Made by a program: the position numbers and the translations under genes. Of a DNA stretch of 32,000 nt, positions 14,085-23,873 are shown one piece after another. Under the pieces are notes generated by a model, which had not been told where the DNA came from, did no database searches, and was given only the letters and a program-made list of their open reading frames with translations. The stretch is taken from assembly GCF_019464535.1 (NCBI RefSeq), contig NZ_CP080507.1, positions 2,220,001-2,252,000 of the forward strand. Reading direction: 5' to 3'. Source of the DNA: Horticoccus luteus (GTDB taxonomy: Bacteria; Verrucomicrobiota; Verrucomicrobiia; Opitutales; Opitutaceae). Position 1 is the first letter of the stretch, and the number at the start of each line of letters is the position of its first letter.

Positions 14085-15332
14085 CTACGCTCCCCCGCAC
14101 ACGCGCGCGTGCACGTCGACGATGGCGTCTCCGATGTAATCCGCATCCTCGTCGGTGTAGAGCCAGCCGATGCCGATCGCCACAAAACGCTGGGTCAGCT
14201 CTTCCGTGCGCGGAAAATCCTCCGCGCGGTAGCCCGGCGCCGGCCAGGGTTTGAACTCCCGAAAAGGCGACAACGCCGGCACCTGCGCCCGCCCCGTTTT
14301 CACGTAGTCGCGCCCGTAGTGCGGATACGTCCCCGTGCGCTGCCCGCAGTTCACGTTGCGCGCATCCAAGTCCGCGCGAAACGCCGCCACTTGCTCCGCA
14401 TCCCGCAGGAAAAAGTATAACTCGAAACCAAAATCTCCGTCCGGATCGGGCACGCGGCGGAGCGTGAGGCCCGGCAGCGCGGCGATTTTGGCGAGCACGC
14501 GGCGGCTCAGCCGGCGACAATGCGCCTTCATCGCGTCGCACTTGCGCAACTGCGCCAGCGCCACCGCCGCGGTGAGTTCCGACATGCGATACTGCCCGCC
14601 CGCAAACGCCGGCTCCTGCGCCGGCGCGATGGCCGCATGATACGGCCGGTAACTGCCCAAATCGTGCTGCCGCACCGCGCGTTCATAGAGGCGGTGATCG
14701 CGCATGACGAGCAAGCCGCCCTCGCCGGCCGTCATCACTTTGTTGTTTTGAAAACTAAACGTCCCGATATCGCCCCAGCTCCCCACGCGCCGCCCGCGAT
14801 ACGTCACGCCGGCCGACTGCGCGCAGTCTTCGATCACGTAGATGCCGCGCCGATGGGCCTCCTGCATGATCGGCTCCATCGCCGCGGCCACGCCTTGATA
14901 GTGCACCACGATCACGGCCCGCGTGCGGGGTGTGGCCAGACGCACAATCTCCTGCGGGGCCAGGTTCAACGTCTCGTCGATCTCGGCGAGCACCGGTCGC
15001 GCACCCACGCGCACGATGGCGGTGAAACACGAAATCCAGCTCCACGCCGTCACGATCACTTCATCGCCCGGGCCGATGCCGGCGGCCGCAAGGGCCACTT
15101 CCAGCGCCGCGGTGCCGCTGCTCACCGCGAGCGCGTAATCCACCTCCACCCAGGCGCGAAATTCCTTTTCCAGCTCCGCGGCCATCGGCGGCGGTTGCGC
15201 GGGATTCATCCCGTAATAACGGAACAGCTCCTTGCGCCGCAGCACGTCGAGCACCAGTCGCTCTTCCTCGGCGCCGATCGCGACGGCACCGAGCCCTTGC
15301 ACCGGACGCGGACGAAGTGGATTCACACTCAT
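14085..15332 (-). CDS. DegT/DnrJ/EryC1/StrS-family PLP aminotransferase
   Basis: 415 aa with AVSSGTAALEVAL and the PLP-lysine context FSFQNNKVMTAGEGG. ATG at 15332. Confidence 0.85.
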   Translation of the reverse strand: MSVNPLRPRPVQGLGAVAIGAEEERLVLDVLRRKELFRYYGMNPAQPPPMAAELEKEFRAWVEVDYALAVSSGTAALEVALAAAGIGPGDEVIVTAWSWISCFTAIVRVGARPVLAEIDETLNLAPQEIVRLATPRTRAVIVVHYQGVAAAMEPIMQEAHRRGIYVIEDCAQSAGVTYRGRRVGSWGDIGTFSFQNNKVMTAGEGGLLVMRDHRLYERAVRQHDLGSYRPYHAAIAPAQEPAFAGGQYRMSELTAAVALAQLRKCDAMKAHCRRLSRRVLAKIAALPGLTLRRVPDPDGDFGFELYFFLRDAEQVAAFRADLDARNVNCGQRTGTYPHYGRDYVKTGRAQVPALSPFREFKPWPAPGYRAEDFPRTEELTQRFVAIGIGWLYTDEDADYIGDAIVDVHARVCGGA

Positions 15333-15434
15333 GGCGTTCTGTTTTGCGCGCCGCTCACGAAGCGCAAACTCATTCGCCCGACGCCGTCCAAGTCACGGCT
15401 CTTTCAATCCGTGCGGCGCCCGACCCGACCACTT

Positions 15435-15905
15435 CTAGGCGTGCATGCCTTCGCCGGAAGACTCGCGGGGGAAGCGCGAGGAAGCTCCGTCCGCGTCCCG
15501 CAAAAACGGCAACGCCTCGCCCTCGCCGCTGAAATCGCCATCCGTCCGCCAACCCAAGCGCCGCAACATCCCCATCCCTCGCGCGCCCGCGGCGGCGCCG
15601 CCGCAAAAGACGAACGCGAGCAACGCCCCCGCGCACCAAAGCCAATGACGGTCCGAGACCACGGCGAGCACGATGGCGCCCAACGCCAGGCCGGAGACAA
15701 CCCACTCGATCAACCGCTCGCCCGTCCAGCTGTGATCCAGCGCGCCTCGCTGCATGTCGTGCTCGGCGGCGTGTCGGCTCGAATGCGCCGCGTCGTCCAA
15801 GGCCCTCGCACGTCCACTTCCCCCGCACCCGGCCCCGAGCGCCGCCGTCGGGCCTTCGTTCGTCATTTTTCCGCCTTGAACTGCTTCCGCTGCCGCATTC
15901 TCCAT
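15435..15905 (-). CDS. Hypothetical small membrane protein (two predicted TM helices)
   Basis: 156 aa with the hydrophobic segments LIEWVVSGLALGAIVLAVV and WLWCAGALLAFVFCGGAAAGA. Third codon positions are strongly G/C. Same strand as the downstream aminotransferase. An alternative start lies at M14. Confidence 0.45.
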   Translation of the reverse strand: MENAAAEAVQGGKMTNEGPTAALGAGCGGSGRARALDDAAHSSRHAAEHDMQRGALDHSWTGERLIEWVVSGLALGAIVLAVVSDRHWLWCAGALLAFVFCGGAAAGARGMGMLRRLGWRTDGDFSGEGEALPFLRDADGASSRFPRESSGEGMHA

Positions 15906-16114
15906 GACGTTAGTTTAGCGATCGCGGAGCGCCGAGCCATCCGTGTTTCGCCCCTGAAATCCTTGGGGCATTCGCCCGAGGATACGGCCGTTTCGCAGCA
16001 CTCGACCCTGCGCTCTCATGCGGGATGGATGGGCCGCGAAGACCGCTGTTTAATCTTTTGGCCCCGCTAACCGGTTGAATGTCAGTTCCTCGCGGTAAAA
16101 TTCGCTATTGCGAC

Positions 16115-16157
16115 TTGGAATTGTTCCAAACGCAGTTGAAACTTAGAACCATTCCAA
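16115..16157 (+). promoter_or_regulatory. Putative operator: TTGGAATTGTTCCAA palindrome (16115-16129) plus a related GAACCATTCCAA (16146-16157) upstream of fur
   Basis: Perfect TTGGAA/TTCCAA arms. A second long-range inverted match pairs GGAATTGTTC with GAACCATTCC. The region sits in the AT-rich divergent promoter area 20-65 nt upstream of the fur-like ATG. Confidence 0.3.
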
Positions 16158-16178
16158 TTAGCTACCTCCGATCCCTTC

Positions 16179-16625
16179 ATGTCCACCACCACGCACACGT
16201 TCAACCCCGACGATCTGGCTCAACGTTTGGCCGATAGCGGCCTTCGCGCCACCCCCCAGCGGGAAGTGGTGTTCGACGTGCTCCTCAACAAGCGGGATCA
16301 CCCCACCGCGGACGAAGTTTTCGCCCGCGTCAAAGCCGCCAAACCCGGCATCTCCCTCGCCACCGTTTACAACTGCCTCGAAACGCTCGTGCAGTGCCGC
16401 CTCGTGCGCGCCGTCAATTTCGAACGCGGCCCCACCCGCTACTGCCCCAATCTTCATCCGCACGCCCATTTCCACGACGAAGGCACCGGCCAGACGCACG
16501 ACGTCGATCTCCCTCCCGGCCTGCTCGATGAGGTGAAACGCATCCTCCCCGCGGGCTATGATGCCTCCTCGGTCGAGATTATTTTTCGCGGCTCCGCGCA
16601 TACGCCCGGCGCGGCGACCGCCTGA
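16179..16625 (+). CDS. fur: Fur-family metalloregulator
   Basis: 148 aa with LRATPQREVVFDVL....HPTADEVF..V......ISLATVYNCLETL and a His-rich metal site HPHAHFHDE. No CxxC pairs. It lies directly upstream of sufCBD. Confidence 0.85.
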   Translation: MSTTTHTFNPDDLAQRLADSGLRATPQREVVFDVLLNKRDHPTADEVFARVKAAKPGISLATVYNCLETLVQCRLVRAVNFERGPTRYCPNLHPHAHFHDEGTGQTHDVDLPPGLLDEVKRILPAGYDASSVEIIFRGSAHTPGAATA

Positions 16626-16658
16626 CCCGTTTCCACCGCTCAACCCATTTTTCCGCAC

Positions 16659-17414
16659 ATGTCCTCGCTCGAAATCAAGCACCTGCACGTCGCCATCGGT
16701 GAAAAGGAAATCGTCAAAGATTTCTCGCTCACGCTCCAAAGCGGCGAAGTCCACGCCATCATGGGGCCCAACGGCACCGGCAAATCCACGCTCTCCAAAG
16801 CGATCGCCGGCCATCCCAGTTATCGCATCACGCAAGGCGATGTCCTCCTCGACGGTCACTCGATCCTCGCCATGGAGCCCGACGAACGCGCCCGCGCGGG
16901 GATCTTCCTGGCGTTTCAATATCCCAGCGAAATCCCCGGCGTCTCCATCGCCAACTTCCTCCGCGCCGCCCAGCAGGCGCGCCTCGGCGAAGGGGAAGAG
17001 CTCGACGCCACCGCTTACTACAAGCGCCTCTATTCCAAGATGGATCTTTTGAAGATCGACCGGAAGTTCACCTCGCGCTCCGTCAACGAGGGCTTCTCCG
17101 GCGGCGAGAAAAAGCGGTGCGAAATCCTGCAGATGGCGATGCTCGAACCCAAATTCGCGCTCATGGATGAAACCGACTCCGGCCTCGATATCGATGCGCT
17201 GCGCATCGTCGCCGAGGGCGTCAACCACATGCGCGGCCCCAACCTCGGCGTGCTGCTCATCACCCATTATCAACGCCTCCTTGATTACATCGTACCCGAC
17301 TACGTCCATGTCATGTGGGATGGCCGCATCGTGAAGAGCGGCGACAAATCCCTCGCCCTCGAACTCGAGGCCAAGGGCTACGACTGGGTCAAAAAAGAAC
17401 TCGCCACCGCCTGA
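16659..17414 (+). CDS. sufC: Fe-S cluster assembly ATPase SufC
   Basis: 251 aa with Walker [10 protein letters not shown], the ABC signature FSGGEKKR and Walker [12 protein letters not shown]. Confidence 0.95.
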   Translation: MSSLEIKHLHVAIGEKEIVKDFSLTLQSGEVHAIMGPNGTGKSTLSKAIAGHPSYRITQGDVLLDGHSILAMEPDERARAGIFLAFQYPSEIPGVSIANFLRAAQQARLGEGEELDATAYYKRLYSKMDLLKIDRKFTSRSVNEGFSGGEKKRCEILQMAMLEPKFALMDETDSGLDIDALRIVAEGVNHMRGPNLGVLLITHYQRLLDYIVPDYVHVMWDGRIVKSGDKSLALELEAKGYDWVKKELATA

Positions 17415-17517
17415 TGTCTCCCGCGCGCAACGGCACCGGGCCCCGCCCCAACGTGCCCGCTTCGCGCCCCTTCGCCCTCCTTTGCGTCTCCGCGCCTAAC
17501 TCAACGCTCCTCTCGCC

Positions 17518-18972
17518 ATGAAACCGCCGACCGAAACCGATCTCGCGCCCGTCGCTCCCGACGAAACCTTCGCCAATCCCGTCGCCGGCATTGACCAGTC
17601 CGCCGGTAATTTTTCCTACAAGGTCGACTACGAATTCGATGCCGGTTCCGGCCTCACGGAGAACACCGTGCGCTACATCAGCGCCGTCAAAAAGGAGGCG
17701 CCGTGGATTCTTGAATTCCGCCTCAATGCGCTGAAAACATTTTTCGCGAAGCCCATGCCCACGCACTGGGCCACGCGCGATCTCGACAACGTCAACTTCG
17801 ACAAAATCCGCTACTACCTCTCGCAGGGCCAGAAACCCAAGCGCACGTGGGACGAGGTGCCGGACGATATCAAGAAGACCTTCGAACGACTCGGCGTGCC
17901 CGAGCAGGAGCGCAAATTCCTCGCCGGCGTCGAGGCGCAGTTCGATTCCGAAGCCGCCTACTCCAACATCAAGGACACCGTCGCCAAACAGGGCGTCATC
18001 TTCCTCAACTCCACCGCCGCGCTCCGCGAGCACCCGGAGATTTTCCGCAAGTTTTTCGGCAAGGTCATCCCGACCGGCGACAACAAGTTCTCCGCGCTCA
18101 ACAGCGCCGTGTTCTCCGGCGGCTCGTTCATCTACGTGCCGCCCGGCGTGAAAGTCTCCCATCCGCTCCAGGCCTACTTCCGCATCAACGCGGAGAATTT
18201 CGGCCAGTTCGAGCGCACGCTCATCATCGCCGACGAAGGCTCCGAGCTGACCTACATGGAAGGCTGCACCGCGCCGAAATTCTCCACCTCCACGCTCCAC
18301 AGCGCGGTCGTCGAACTCGTCGCGCTCAAAGGCGCCAAAATCCAATACATCACCGTCCAGAACTGGGCGCCCAACGTCTTCAACCTCGTCACCAAGCGCG
18401 GCGTCGCGCACGAGGAAGCCGAGATCAAGTGGATCGACTGCAACATCGGCAGCCGCCTCACGATGAAATACCCCGGCGTCGTCCTCAAGGGCCGCAAAGC
18501 CCGCGGCGAGGTCATCTCTATCGCGCTCGCCAACGACGGCCAGCACCAGGACACCGGCGCGAAGATGATTCACGCCGCCGACGAAACCACGTCCACCATC
18601 GTCTCGAAATCCATTTCCGTCGGCCAAGGTCGTTCCACCTACCGCGGTCAGGTGCACATCCCGAAGCATCTCAAGGGTTGCAAAAACAACACCGAGTGCG
18701 ACGCGCTGCTCATCAACACCAACAGCCGCACCGACACCTATCCGGCCATCACCGTCCGCGGCGACCGCCACGCCGTGCAACACGAAGCGAGCGTGTCGAA
18801 AGTCAGCGAAGAAATGATCTTCTACATGCAGCAGCGCGGTCTCACCGAAGCGCAGGCCATGAGCCTCGCCGTCAACGGCTTTATCAACGACCTCGCCCGC
18901 CAGTTTCCGATGGAATATTCCGTCGAATTGAAACGCCTCATCGACCTCGAAATGGAAGGCTCCGTCGGCTGA
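17518..18972 (+). CDS. sufB: Fe-S cluster assembly scaffold SufB
   Basis: 484 aa with full-length SufB-like sequence (..[17 protein letters not shown].., ..CTAP.., ..[20 protein letters not shown]..). Confidence 0.95.
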   Translation: MKPPTETDLAPVAPDETFANPVAGIDQSAGNFSYKVDYEFDAGSGLTENTVRYISAVKKEAPWILEFRLNALKTFFAKPMPTHWATRDLDNVNFDKIRYYLSQGQKPKRTWDEVPDDIKKTFERLGVPEQERKFLAGVEAQFDSEAAYSNIKDTVAKQGVIFLNSTAALREHPEIFRKFFGKVIPTGDNKFSALNSAVFSGGSFIYVPPGVKVSHPLQAYFRINAENFGQFERTLIIADEGSELTYMEGCTAPKFSTSTLHSAVVELVALKGAKIQYITVQNWAPNVFNLVTKRGVAHEEAEIKWIDCNIGSRLTMKYPGVVLKGRKARGEVISIALANDGQHQDTGAKMIHAADETTSTIVSKSISVGQGRSTYRGQVHIPKHLKGCKNNTECDALLINTNSRTDTYPAITVRGDRHAVQHEASVSKVSEEMIFYMQQRGLTEAQAMSLAVNGFINDLARQFPMEYSVELKRLIDLEMEGSVG

Positions 18973-19057
18973 TTCCCGCCCGCGGTGAGTCAACGGACGA
19001 GCGCTCCGCCTCGGCCCGCATTCCGCCCGCGCCACCTAGCATTTGTCACTCTTTCGC

Positions 19058-20383
19058 ATGCCTGCATCGACTCTTCCTCTTACAGCCGCCACCGGCGCTT
19101 TCACCGCCGAAGCGTTTGCCGCCCACCTCGCGTCCCAAACCACCGCGCCCGCGTGGTGGCTCGAGCGCAAACGCGCCGCGTTCGCCCGCTTCGCCGAACT
19201 GCCCATGCCCGCGCGCGGCGACGAATCGTGGCGCTTCAGCAGCGTCGGCCAGCTTTCCCTCGAAGGCGCCGCCGTCGTTCCCCCCGCCGCGCCGGGTTGC
19301 GATGTCCCGCTCGATTTCGGCCCCAGCGCCGCGCACCTCTGCTTCTCCAACAATCAACTCGCCCACCGCCGCCATCCGGCCGACGCGCTCGCCGCGCAGG
19401 GCGTGATCGTCACCACGATCGCCGACGCGCTCGTCACGCACCCCGAGCTCTTGCGCCGCCACTTCATGGCGCAGCCGCAAAAACTCGGCTCGGAAAAATT
19501 CACCGCCCTGCATGTCGCGTTCCTGCGCGACGGCGCGTTCGTTTACGTGCCGCGCGGCGTCGAAATCGCCGACCCGATTCTCATCACCCACGTGATGGCC
19601 GGCTCCGGCACCGCTGTGTTTCCGCACACCCTGGTCGTCGCGGAAGAAAACGCCAAAGTCACCGTCGTCGATTACTTCGTTTCCACCGATCGCGACTCCG
19701 GCGCCCACCAGCTCGCCGTCGGCGCCAACGACCTCTACGCCGCCCACGGCGCCCAGCTCAATTACGTCGCCGTGCAGGACTGGTCGCGCGACACGCTCTC
19801 GTTTCAGTTCAACTCCACCGTCACGCGCCGCGACGCACGCAACCTCTCGCTCAACGTCCACCTCGGCGGCCGGCAGGCGCGGCATGAGAGCCACAGCCAG
19901 TTGCAGGCTCCCGGTGCCCACAGCGAAATGCTCGCCCTCACGGTCGCGCGCGGCTCCCAGGAGTTCGACCAGCGCACGCTCCAGATGCACCAGGCGCCCA
20001 ACACCTCGTCCAATCTCCTCTATAAAAACGCGCTCCTCGACAGCTCGCGCACCATCTTCTCCGGCCTGATCGTCGTCGATCCCGACGCGCAGAAGACGGA
20101 CGCCTATCAGAGCAATCGCAACTTGATGCTGAGCGACGACGCCGAGGCCAACTCCCTGCCCGGCCTCGAAATTCAAGCCAACGATGTCCGCTGCACCCAC
20201 GGCGCCACCACCGCGCGCATCGATCCGGAGCAGGGCTTTTACCTGCAAGCCCGCGGCATCGATCCCCGCCAGGCCCACGAACTCCTCGTCTTCGGCTTCT
20301 TCGAAGAGGTGTTGAACAAGCTCGATAACGACGCGCTTCACGCCGCCCTCTCGGCCCTCATCCAAAAACGCTTCCACGAGTAA
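19058..20383 (+). CDS. sufD: Fe-S cluster assembly protein SufD
   Basis: SufB/SufD-family beta-helix sequence (GAFVYVPRGVEI.., ANDVRCTHGATTARID). It follows sufB. ATG at 19058; the track start at 19043 is a TTG. Confidence 0.9.
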   Translation: MPASTLPLTAATGAFTAEAFAAHLASQTTAPAWWLERKRAAFARFAELPMPARGDESWRFSSVGQLSLEGAAVVPPAAPGCDVPLDFGPSAAHLCFSNNQLAHRRHPADALAAQGVIVTTIADALVTHPELLRRHFMAQPQKLGSEKFTALHVAFLRDGAFVYVPRGVEIADPILITHVMAGSGTAVFPHTLVVAEENAKVTVVDYFVSTDRDSGAHQLAVGANDLYAAHGAQLNYVAVQDWSRDTLSFQFNSTVTRRDARNLSLNVHLGGRQARHESHSQLQAPGAHSEMLALTVARGSQEFDQRTLQMHQAPNTSSNLLYKNALLDSSRTIFSGLIVVDPDAQKTDAYQSNRNLMLSDDAEANSLPGLEIQANDVRCTHGATTARIDPEQGFYLQARGIDPRQAHELLVFGFFEEVLNKLDNDALHAALSALIQKRFHE

Positions 20384-20392
20384 TTCCGCGCG

Positions 20393-20935
20393 ATGAACAA
20401 AGAACGCACGCTCTCCCGCGACGTCACCGGCACCCAGATCCCTTCGGGCGAAAAGCAATCGCTGCCCGCCGGCACGCGCATCTTCATCCATCAGACCCTC
20501 GGCGGCAGCTACACCGTCCAGACCGACTTCGGCCTCTTCCGCATCGACGGCAAGGACGGCGATGCGCTCGGCGAACAGGTGATCGATAACACCGTCAAAG
20601 CCGCCACCCTCTCCGATGGTGCGCCCGACCCCGAAGCCATCTGGGGGCAGTTGCGCCAGGTCTTCGATCCCGAGATTCCCGTTAACATCGTCGACCTCGG
20701 ACTCATTTACTCAATGGACGTCGAGAAGACGTCCGACACCGGCTACAAAGTCAGCGTCGCCATGACGCTCACCGCGCCCGGCTGCGGCATGGGTCCGGCG
20801 ATCGCCGAGGATGCCAAATCGAAAATCCTCCTCGTGCCCGGCGTCGGCGATGCCGAAGTGCGCATCACCTGGGATCCCGCGTGGAACCAGTCGATGATTT
20901 CCGAAGAAGGTAAAATGAAGCTCGGCCTGATCTAA
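20393..20935 (+). CDS. sufT: SufT-type (long form) DUF59/MIP18 Fe-S assembly protein
   Basis: 180 aa with a C-terminal DUF59 core VFDPEIPVNIVDLGLIY...TLTAPGCGMG and an N-terminal extension of about 80 aa, as in long SufT. It starts 9 nt after the sufD stop. Confidence 0.8.
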   Translation: MNKERTLSRDVTGTQIPSGEKQSLPAGTRIFIHQTLGGSYTVQTDFGLFRIDGKDGDALGEQVIDNTVKAATLSDGAPDPEAIWGQLRQVFDPEIPVNIVDLGLIYSMDVEKTSDTGYKVSVAMTLTAPGCGMGPAIAEDAKSKILLVPGVGDAEVRITWDPAWNQSMISEEGKMKLGLI

Positions 20936-21080
20936 GCCTGCCGGCACGGGGCGTCGCACCCGTGTCCACCCGCGGGCGCGCACGTCGCCGCGAACGAACT
21001 TTTTGTGGCGCGGGTCGCGCCAACCGTGTTGTCATCTTCCCCGGCCCCGGCCTCGGGACCGACGCCACTCTCGCCCGCCC

Positions 21081-22985
21081 GTGAATTCGTTTCTTCTCCA
21101 CGCGCTCATCTACCTGCTCGCCGCGGTCATCGCCGTGCCGATCGCCAAACGTTTCGGCTTCGGCTCGGTTCTCGGCTACCTCCTCGCCGGCGTGCTCATC
21201 GGCCCGCACGCGCTGAATCTCGTCGGTGAACAAACGGGCGATGTCATGCACTTCGCCGAATTCGGCGTCGTGATGATGTTGTTTCTCGTCGGCTTGGAAC
21301 TGCAGCCCAGCCGCCTCTGGGGCATGCGCCTCCAACTGCTCGGACTCGGCGGCCTGCAGGTCCTGCTGACCGCTGCGGCCCTCGCCGCCGCCGGTCTCGC
21401 GTTTGGTGTGGACGCGCGCGTGGCGCTCGCCGGCGGTTTCATCCTCGCGATGTCCTCCACGGCGATCGTGCTGCAATCGCTGCAGGAGCGCGGCCAGTTG
21501 GCGACGCCGCCCGGCCAGGCCGCCTTCGCCGTCCTCCTGTTTCAAGATCTCGCCGTCCTCCCCATTCTCGCGTTTCTGCCGCTGCTTGCGCCGCGCGCCG
21601 AACAGGTGGCCGCCGTCCCCGGCGCGCAGCCCGCCTGGCAGCAAACCTGCCTCGTCCTCCTCGCCGTGGCCGCCGTGATTCTCGGCGGCCGTTATATCGT
21701 CAACCCGTTGTTTCGCGCCATCGCCCGCACCGGCTTGCGCGAACTCTTCACCGCCGCCGCCCTGCTCCTCGTCGTCGCGACGTCTCTGCTCATGCAAAGC
21801 GTGGGGCTCTCCGCCGCGCTGGGCACGTTTCTCGCCGGCGTCGTGCTCGCCAACAGCGAATACCGCCACGAACTCGAAGCTGACATCGAACCGTTCAAGG
21901 GCCTCCTGCTCGGCCTCTTTTTCATCACCGTCGGCGCCAACATCGATCTCGGCCTGCTCCGCGTGCAGCCGCTCACGATCGCCGGTCTCGTCGCCGCGTT
22001 GCTCCTCGTAAAATTCGTGGTGCTCTTCGCCCTCGCGCGCGCGTTCCGCCTCAGCACCCCTGCCGCGTTCACGTTCGGCTTTGCCCTCGCGCAAGGCGGC
22101 GAGTTCGCCTTCGTGCTGCTCGCGTTTGCCGTCGACCATCACGCCCTCGCCTTCGCCACCGCCTCGCCGCTCGTCGCCGCCGTCGCCCTTTCCATGGCCG
22201 TCTCGCCGCTGCTGTTTTTGCTCAACGAGAAATTCGTCCAACCCCGCTTCGCCGTGGTTTCCCCGCGTCGCGCGGACGACACCATCGATGCCTCCGCCCA
22301 GGAAAACCCCGTCATCATCGCGGGCTTCGGCCGCTTCGGCCACGTCATCGGCCGCCTCCTCCGCGCGAACAACATCGGCGCCACCGTGCTCGACCTCGAC
22401 GCCGGCCAGGTCGAGATCGTCCGCCGCCTCGGCATCAAAGTTTTCTATGGCGATGCGACCCGCCTCGATCTCCTGCACGCCGCCGGTGCCGCCCGCGCGC
22501 GCGCCATCGTCATCGCCATCGACGACGAGCGCAAAGCCGTGCAACTCGCCGAAACCGTCCAACACCATTTTCCCCGCCTGAAGATTTTCGCCCGCGCCGT
22601 CGGCCGCGTGCACGCCTTCGAATACCAAAAACGAGGCATCATGGGCTTCTATCGCGAGACGCTCGGCACGTCCCTCGACCTCGGCGTCGATCTCATGCAG
22701 GAACTCGGCCTCGCCCCCGCCCACGCCCGCCGCGCGGCCGCCTTGTTCAAGGAACACGACGAACGCTCCGTGCGGGAACTCGCGCGCTACTGGGACGACG
22801 CCGAAGCCTACTTCAGCCACGCCCGCGCGCACATCGCGGCCTTCGAACGCATGTTCGCGAGCGATACGCCCAGCGCGCTGGCCGTCGCCTCCGCCGAGCG
22901 GCCGCCACCGGCGCCCGGTGAACCTTCGCCCGCTCCCGGCGAACCCTCGCGCGATCCCGGCGTCGCACCCGACGTGGCGACATGA
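21081..22985 (+). CDS. kefC: CPA2-family K+/H+ antiporter with a C-terminal RCK/TrkA-N domain (KefB/KefC-like)
   Basis: GTG at 21081 gives VNSFLLHALIYLLAAVIAVPIAKRFGFGSVLGYLLAGVLIGP, the typical KefC N-terminus. The Rossmann motif IIAGFGRFG is present. The Pro-rich tail carries a duplicated APGEPS heptad. Confidence 0.88.
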   Translation: MNSFLLHALIYLLAAVIAVPIAKRFGFGSVLGYLLAGVLIGPHALNLVGEQTGDVMHFAEFGVVMMLFLVGLELQPSRLWGMRLQLLGLGGLQVLLTAAALAAAGLAFGVDARVALAGGFILAMSSTAIVLQSLQERGQLATPPGQAAFAVLLFQDLAVLPILAFLPLLAPRAEQVAAVPGAQPAWQQTCLVLLAVAAVILGGRYIVNPLFRAIARTGLRELFTAAALLLVVATSLLMQSVGLSAALGTFLAGVVLANSEYRHELEADIEPFKGLLLGLFFITVGANIDLGLLRVQPLTIAGLVAALLLVKFVVLFALARAFRLSTPAAFTFGFALAQGGEFAFVLLAFAVDHHALAFATASPLVAAVALSMAVSPLLFLLNEKFVQPRFAVVSPRRADDTIDASAQENPVIIAGFGRFGHVIGRLLRANNIGATVLDLDAGQVEIVRRLGIKVFYGDATRLDLLHAAGAARARAIVIAIDDERKAVQLAETVQHHFPRLKIFARAVGRVHAFEYQKRGIMGFYRETLGTSLDLGVDLMQELGLAPAHARRAAALFKEHDERSVRELARYWDDAEAYFSHARAHIAAFERMFASDTPSALAVASAERPPPAPGEPSPAPGEPSRDPGVAPDVAT

Positions 22986-23140
22986 ACGCGCGCTCCGCCC
23001 GCCCTCGCGCCGCGCTCATCGCGTGAACGCACGCGCCCGCCGCAGCGTCGCGCACACCGTTTCTCTCCCCCCGCACGGCCGGCCCAAAATCAACAATCGA
23101 CTCGCAAAACCGCCGCACCGTCGCACGGTTTGGGCCATCC

Positions 23141-23803
23141 ATGCATTACGACAACTTCACGCCCGTGTTCACCAACCCGCTCCACGTTCGCGCGGATGAC
23201 GACGACGATGATGATGACGACGAGTCGGAGTCCAAATCCTCCCGCAAAGGAGGCGCGCCGGTCGCGATGCTCATCCAGAAAAAGTTTCTCCAGCAGCGCA
23301 AAATCTTCCTCTGGGGCGCCGTCACCGACGAGACCGCCAAGGATCTCACCGAGAAACTTCTCTATCTCGAAGGCACCGCGCCCGGCAAAGACATCACGTT
23401 TTATATCAACAGCCCCGGCGGCTCCATCACGGCCGGCATGGCCGTTTACGACACGATGAAACTCATCACGTCGCCCATCACCGTGGTCGTCACGGGCATG
23501 GCCGCGTCGATGGGCTCCATCCTCCTCTCAGGTGCCGCCAAGGGCCGCCGCTTGATTTATCCGCACGCCCGCGTGCTCATCCACCAACCGCTCATCTCCG
23601 GCCGCATGGTGGGTCCCGCGAGCGATATCAACATTCAGGCCGCGGAAATGGAAAAGCTCCGCCAAGAGCTCAATCTCATCCTCGCCGAAGCGTCCGGCCA
23701 GCCGATCGAGCGCATCAACCGCGACACCGACCGCGATTTCTATCTCAACGCCAAGGAGTCGATCGAATACGGTCTGACCGACAAGATCGTCACGAAGATC
23801 TGA
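23141..23803 (+). CDS. clpP: ClpP-family serine protease subunit with an atypical N-terminus carrying a 9x Asp run
   Basis: The Ser-His-Asp contexts GMAASMG, LIHQP and DTDRDF are all present. The N-terminal 45 aa (..VRADDDDDDDDDESESKSS..) replace the canonical axial-loop sequence. No clpX or clpA is adjacent. Confidence 0.85.
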   Translation: MHYDNFTPVFTNPLHVRADDDDDDDDDESESKSSRKGGAPVAMLIQKKFLQQRKIFLWGAVTDETAKDLTEKLLYLEGTAPGKDITFYINSPGGSITAGMAVYDTMKLITSPITVVVTGMAASMGSILLSGAAKGRRLIYPHARVLIHQPLISGRMVGPASDINIQAAEMEKLRQELNLILAEASGQPIERINRDTDRDFYLNAKESIEYGLTDKIVTKI

Positions 23804-23842
23804 CGCCCCGCGCGGCACCCCGCCGCTGCGCCGGTCTCCTTC

Positions 23843-23870
23843 AGCCCGCCTTCACCGGCGGGCTTTTTTG
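23843..23870 (+). terminator. Rho-independent terminator after clpP, lying between convergent genes
   Basis: AGCCCGCC-TTCACC-GGCGGGCT followed by TTTTTTG, 40 nt after the clpP stop. Confidence 0.8.
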
Positions 23871-23873
23871 CGC

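Noticed and set aside
16158-22832. Very long minus-strand ORFs antisense to sufC, sufB, sufD and kefC (16158-17309, 17389-19035, 19046-20491, 20865-22832; 383-655 aa)
   Set aside because: They lie exactly opposite genes with unambiguous family signatures. Their translations are low-complexity Gly/Ala/Glu/Arg/Asp-rich. This is the expected shadow-ORF artefact of GC3-rich coding sequence, in which stop codons are depleted on the antisense strand.
22900-22960. Duplicated 21-bp segment encoding APGEPS twice in the KefC-like C-terminal tail
   Set aside because: It is a short in-frame duplication in a disordered Pro-rich tail and is unlikely to be functionally significant.
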